Of a DNA stretch of 40,000 nucleotides, positions 37,333 through 40,000 are shown one piece after another. Each line of letters opens with the position of its first letter. Positions within the stretch are counted from its first letter, which is position 1. This DNA comes from an uncultured phage cr3_1. The stretch lies in sequence record MT774381.1, one strand, 5' to 3'. The translations under genes and the position numbers were made by a program. A model generated the notes under the pieces. The model was not told where the DNA came from and made no database searches. It saw nothing but the letters and a program-made list of their open reading frames with translations.

Positions 37333-37370
37333 GCTTCCTTTACGGGGGAGCGCACGAGCGAAGCGAGTGC
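37333..37370. repeat. Dispersed element plus mini-hairpin (GCTTCCTTTACGGGGGAGC + GCACGAGCGAAGCGAGTGC)
   Basis: Same composite layout as 4194..4227. Confidence 0.8.
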
Positions 37371-37401
37371 TTATTATTCATATCAGCTTTATTATTTTTA
37401 A

Positions 37402-37950
37402 TTGTATTACATGAGTGATATAGTTAATATTAAAAACTTAGATGAACTTGATGCCGAATATGTATTAATCTGTAAAGATGCAGATGATATATTTAATGAT
37501 TTAAAGTTCAATAACAAAAAAGAAGAAGATACATGTAGAATGATTATTGACTTTATTGAGAAAACTATTTCTAAAGGAGTCAAAGATTTCAAATGTATGG
37601 CTTTGCCTTTTGTTGGCAATCTTCGTTATAATCCTATTGATAAGGCAATGACTGCTCATTATAAAGAACTTAAACTTGCCCGACAAGTTATGGATAAAGA
37701 TGAGTATAAAGAATATGCCAGAGGCTTGTATTTTTATGAAGAAAATAAAATCAAAGCTGAAACAATTCGTAAACGTGTTTTAGATAAGATTAAAAAACGT
37801 AACAATAAACGTTATATTAGATACTGTATGACTTTAGGAAAAGCTTATGCTGATGCTTTTCTTTATTGTATGAGTATATTTGAAGAAGTTCCTTTTAATT
37901 TTGAATTACAAGAAAAATACGATGAGCTTACTAATAGAAAACATAATTAG
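37402..37950 (+). CDS. Hypothetical protein
   Basis: 182-codon ORF. Confidence 0.65.
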   Translation: MYYMSDIVNIKNLDELDAEYVLICKDADDIFNDLKFNNKKEEDTCRMIIDFIEKTISKGVKDFKCMALPFVGNLRYNPIDKAMTAHYKELKLARQVMDKDEYKEYARGLYFYEENKIKAETIRKRVLDKIKKRNNKRYIRYCMTLGKAYADAFLYCMSIFEEVPFNFELQEKYDELTNRKHN

Positions 37951-38527
37951 TATTGATGATAGTGGGATGCCTAAACCTCCTACTGTTCATCAATTATTAG
38001 ATAAAGATATATGTTTACTTTACGCACGTGATAATACTAAAGATAAACTTAAGTATATGAAAGAGTGCGGAGTAATATATTATCTTGCTGATCCTCGAAG
38101 TCCTGCAAGACAACAAGGTCTTACTGATGCAGAATGTCTTAAAGAGGCTATTGAGAATTTTGATTTGCCCAAAGATTATAGTCCAGATAGTCTTGTCCTT
38201 AAAATAGCAGCTCGATATTATAAATTAGCAGTAGGCCCTGCTGGTATAGCATTAGAAAATTTATATCGTTCTATTCATACTGCCGATATTATTATTAATA
38301 AATGTCATGATTTGCTTACTGAGAAATTAAATGGTGGTATTACACAAGAAGATATTGGTCCTGTTATTGATAATCTTGATAAGATTACTTCTCGTGCTAA
38401 ACAAATTCCTGAACTTATGAAAGCTGTATCTGTTGCTAAAGAAAATCTTAAAGAAGAATCTGAACAAGTTATGGCTCGTGGTGGTAAAGGTGTTACTTCA
38501 AGTATGGACGCTAATAGTAGTTTATAA
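37922..38527 (+). CDS. Hypothetical protein, likely start MSLLIENIIS
   Basis: Listed ORF 37880..38527; internal ATG reduces the overlap. Confidence 0.6.
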   Translation: MSLLIENIISIDDSGMPKPPTVHQLLDKDICLLYARDNTKDKLKYMKECGVIYYLADPRSPARQQGLTDAECLKEAIENFDLPKDYSPDSLVLKIAARYYKLAVGPAGIALENLYRSIHTADIIINKCHDLLTEKLNGGITQEDIGPVIDNLDKITSRAKQIPELMKAVSVAKENLKEESEQVMARGGKGVTSSMDANSSL

Positions 38528-38528
38528 T

Positions 38529-38828
38529 ATGGAATTTAAAATACCTGAATCTTTTAATGTTGGCGGAGTTACTGTCAATATTAATCATGTTGAACGTTGT
38601 GATAATAATGCTTTAGGAAATTGTTTACTTGCAGCAAGTAGAATTGAAATTGCAGATTTATGTAACAAAGATACTAAACAAAGTGAAAGTAATAAACTGA
38701 ATACTTTCTTTCATGAACTTACTCATTCTATTCTTGATACTATGGGTGAAAATGAATTATCTACAAATGAAAAATTTGTTTCTACTTTTTCTTCTTTTCT
38801 AACAGAAGCTATTACAACTGCAAAATAA
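38529..38828 (+). CDS. Putative zinc metallopeptidase-like protein
   Basis: 99 aa; NTFFHELTHSILDTMG contains HExxH. Confidence 0.55.
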   Translation: MEFKIPESFNVGGVTVNINHVERCDNNALGNCLLAASRIEIADLCNKDTKQSESNKLNTFFHELTHSILDTMGENELSTNEKFVSTFSSFLTEAITTAK

Positions 38829-38831
38829 GTT

Positions 38832-39836
38832 ATGTTACAATTAAGAGATAAACGTTATAATGATGTTCGTCTTATATTTAAAGAAGATGGACACAAATAT
38901 ACGGATACTTTAGGTAACGAGTATCTTTCTACTACTACCTTTCTTCACGATTATTCTCCGAGGTTTGATAAATCTTATTGGCTTCGTAAGAAAGCTAAAG
39001 AACTTGGAATTAGTGAAAAGAAACTTGCAGCTCAATGGGACGCTATTAGAGATGAAGCTTGCGATAGAGGAAGTAAAACTCATAATGGCCTTGAAGATGG
39101 AGTAAAACTTGTTTCTAAGTTTAATGATGCTATTCGATATTCTCAGCAATATGAAGATAACTCTATGAGCACTATTGCTGATTTACCTCAAATAGATAAA
39201 CATGTTAAAGAACTCGATGTTAAAGCTTTTATTGATTATACTGAAGGAAAGTATACTGATCTTTATAATGTATTTGATTATTATACTAAGAACGGTTATA
39301 AAATCTATGCAGAAATTGGTGCCTTTCTTATTGATTATCTTCTTTCTGGCACTATTGATGTTTTGTGTATACGAGACGATAAATTTGTTATAGGCGACTA
39401 TAAGACTAATCGTGGAGGTCTTAAATTTGAATCTGGTTACTTTAAAAAAGATAAGACTGAAAAACCTGCACAAGATACTGATATTTGGGTTCATAAAGAT
39501 GAATGGCTGTTGCCTCCTCTTAATAATCTTCCTAATTGTAATGGTTCTATTTATAATATGCAGCTTTCTATTTATGCCGCTTATGTGGAAATCATTCTTG
39601 GCATTCCTTGTGCTGGTTTATGGCTTTGTCATATAGATTCTGATTTTGTTCTTAACAAATATGGAATGCCTAAACGTTTTCCTGATAATAGTTTTAAGAT
39701 TAAAGAGAATCCTGTTGAGAAAGTTACTATGCATAAAATGCCATATCGTAGAAATGAAGTTATGGCTATTCTTGAAGATAGAAGAAAAACTCTTAGAGCG
39801 CAACAAATTAATACTCAATTTTCATTAGGTTTATGA
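38832..39836 (+). CDS. PD-(D/E)XK (RecB-like) nuclease
   Basis: 334 aa; ...LSGTIDVLCIRDDKFVIGDYKTNR... D-Xn-DYK active-site pattern and later QLSIYAAYVE. Confidence 0.75.
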   Translation: MLQLRDKRYNDVRLIFKEDGHKYTDTLGNEYLSTTTFLHDYSPRFDKSYWLRKKAKELGISEKKLAAQWDAIRDEACDRGSKTHNGLEDGVKLVSKFNDAIRYSQQYEDNSMSTIADLPQIDKHVKELDVKAFIDYTEGKYTDLYNVFDYYTKNGYKIYAEIGAFLIDYLLSGTIDVLCIRDDKFVIGDYKTNRGGLKFESGYFKKDKTEKPAQDTDIWVHKDEWLLPPLNNLPNCNGSIYNMQLSIYAAYVEIILGIPCAGLWLCHIDSDFVLNKYGMPKRFPDNSFKIKENPVEKVTMHKMPYRRNEVMAILEDRRKTLRAQQINTQFSLGL

Positions 39837-40000
39837 AAAAAATTTATTTGTTAGTAACAATTATAGTTTTATCTATATTTAACATTGGATGTACATCTAA
39901 TGGAAATGTACCTATTAAAGAAACTATTTATATCCCCGTAAAGGATACAATTAATGAACAAGAAAATATAGCACGAATTATTCGTCTTGAACATGATATT
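39833..40000 (+). CDS. Putative lipoprotein, 3' end outside window
   Basis: MKKIYLLVTIIVLSIFNIGCTSNGNVPIKETIYIPVKDTINEQENIARIIRLEHDI; signal peptide with lipobox-like IGC. Confidence 0.6.
   Translation, partial: MKKIYLLVTIIVLSIFNIGCTSNGNVPIKETIYIPVKDTINEQENIARIIRLEHDI

Noticed and set aside
1-40000. CRISPR array or CRISPR-like regularly spaced repeats
   Set aside because: The only dispersed repeat is short, occurs in both orientations, and is kilobases apart.
1-40000. Reverse transcriptase/DGR, integrase or transposase
   Set aside because: No YxDD-type RT, tyrosine/serine recombinase or DDE signatures recognised in the supplied ORFs.

Overview
AT-rich window of a large double-stranded DNA tailed-phage genome. 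Gene content and two-block architecture resemble a crAss-like phage of a Bacteroidetes host (inference from gene content plus one Bacteroides-type -33/-7 promoter match). A long leftward block (about 4.2-36 kb, minus strand) carries DNA metabolism and accessory genes: dUTPase, DUF932-like, Gp157-like, ThyX, dNMP-kinase-like, ATP-dependent DNA ligase, TOPRIM primase, RecT-like and SNF2-like proteins, family B DNA polymerase, UDG-like protein, SF1 helicase, three tRNAs and many small ORFs. Rightward genes flank it at both edges. Strongest observations: (1) a dispersed 17-20 nt element, consensus TTCCTYTACGGGGGAGC, present about 13 times in both orientations, inside and between genes, and read in all three forward frames plus one reverse frame within different proteins; (2) two copies joined directly to mini-hairpins containing GCGAAGC; (3) a group I intron with a GIY-YIG endonuclease ORF splitting the PolB gene, with splice sites derivable to the nucleotide; (4) two 66-nt inverted-repeat RNA-like structures flanking a tRNA-Gln/tRNA-Glu pair; (5) individually terminated, codon-distinct genes suggesting high expression; (6) several unlisted small ORFs and one ORF whose open frame extends well upstream of its first ATG.
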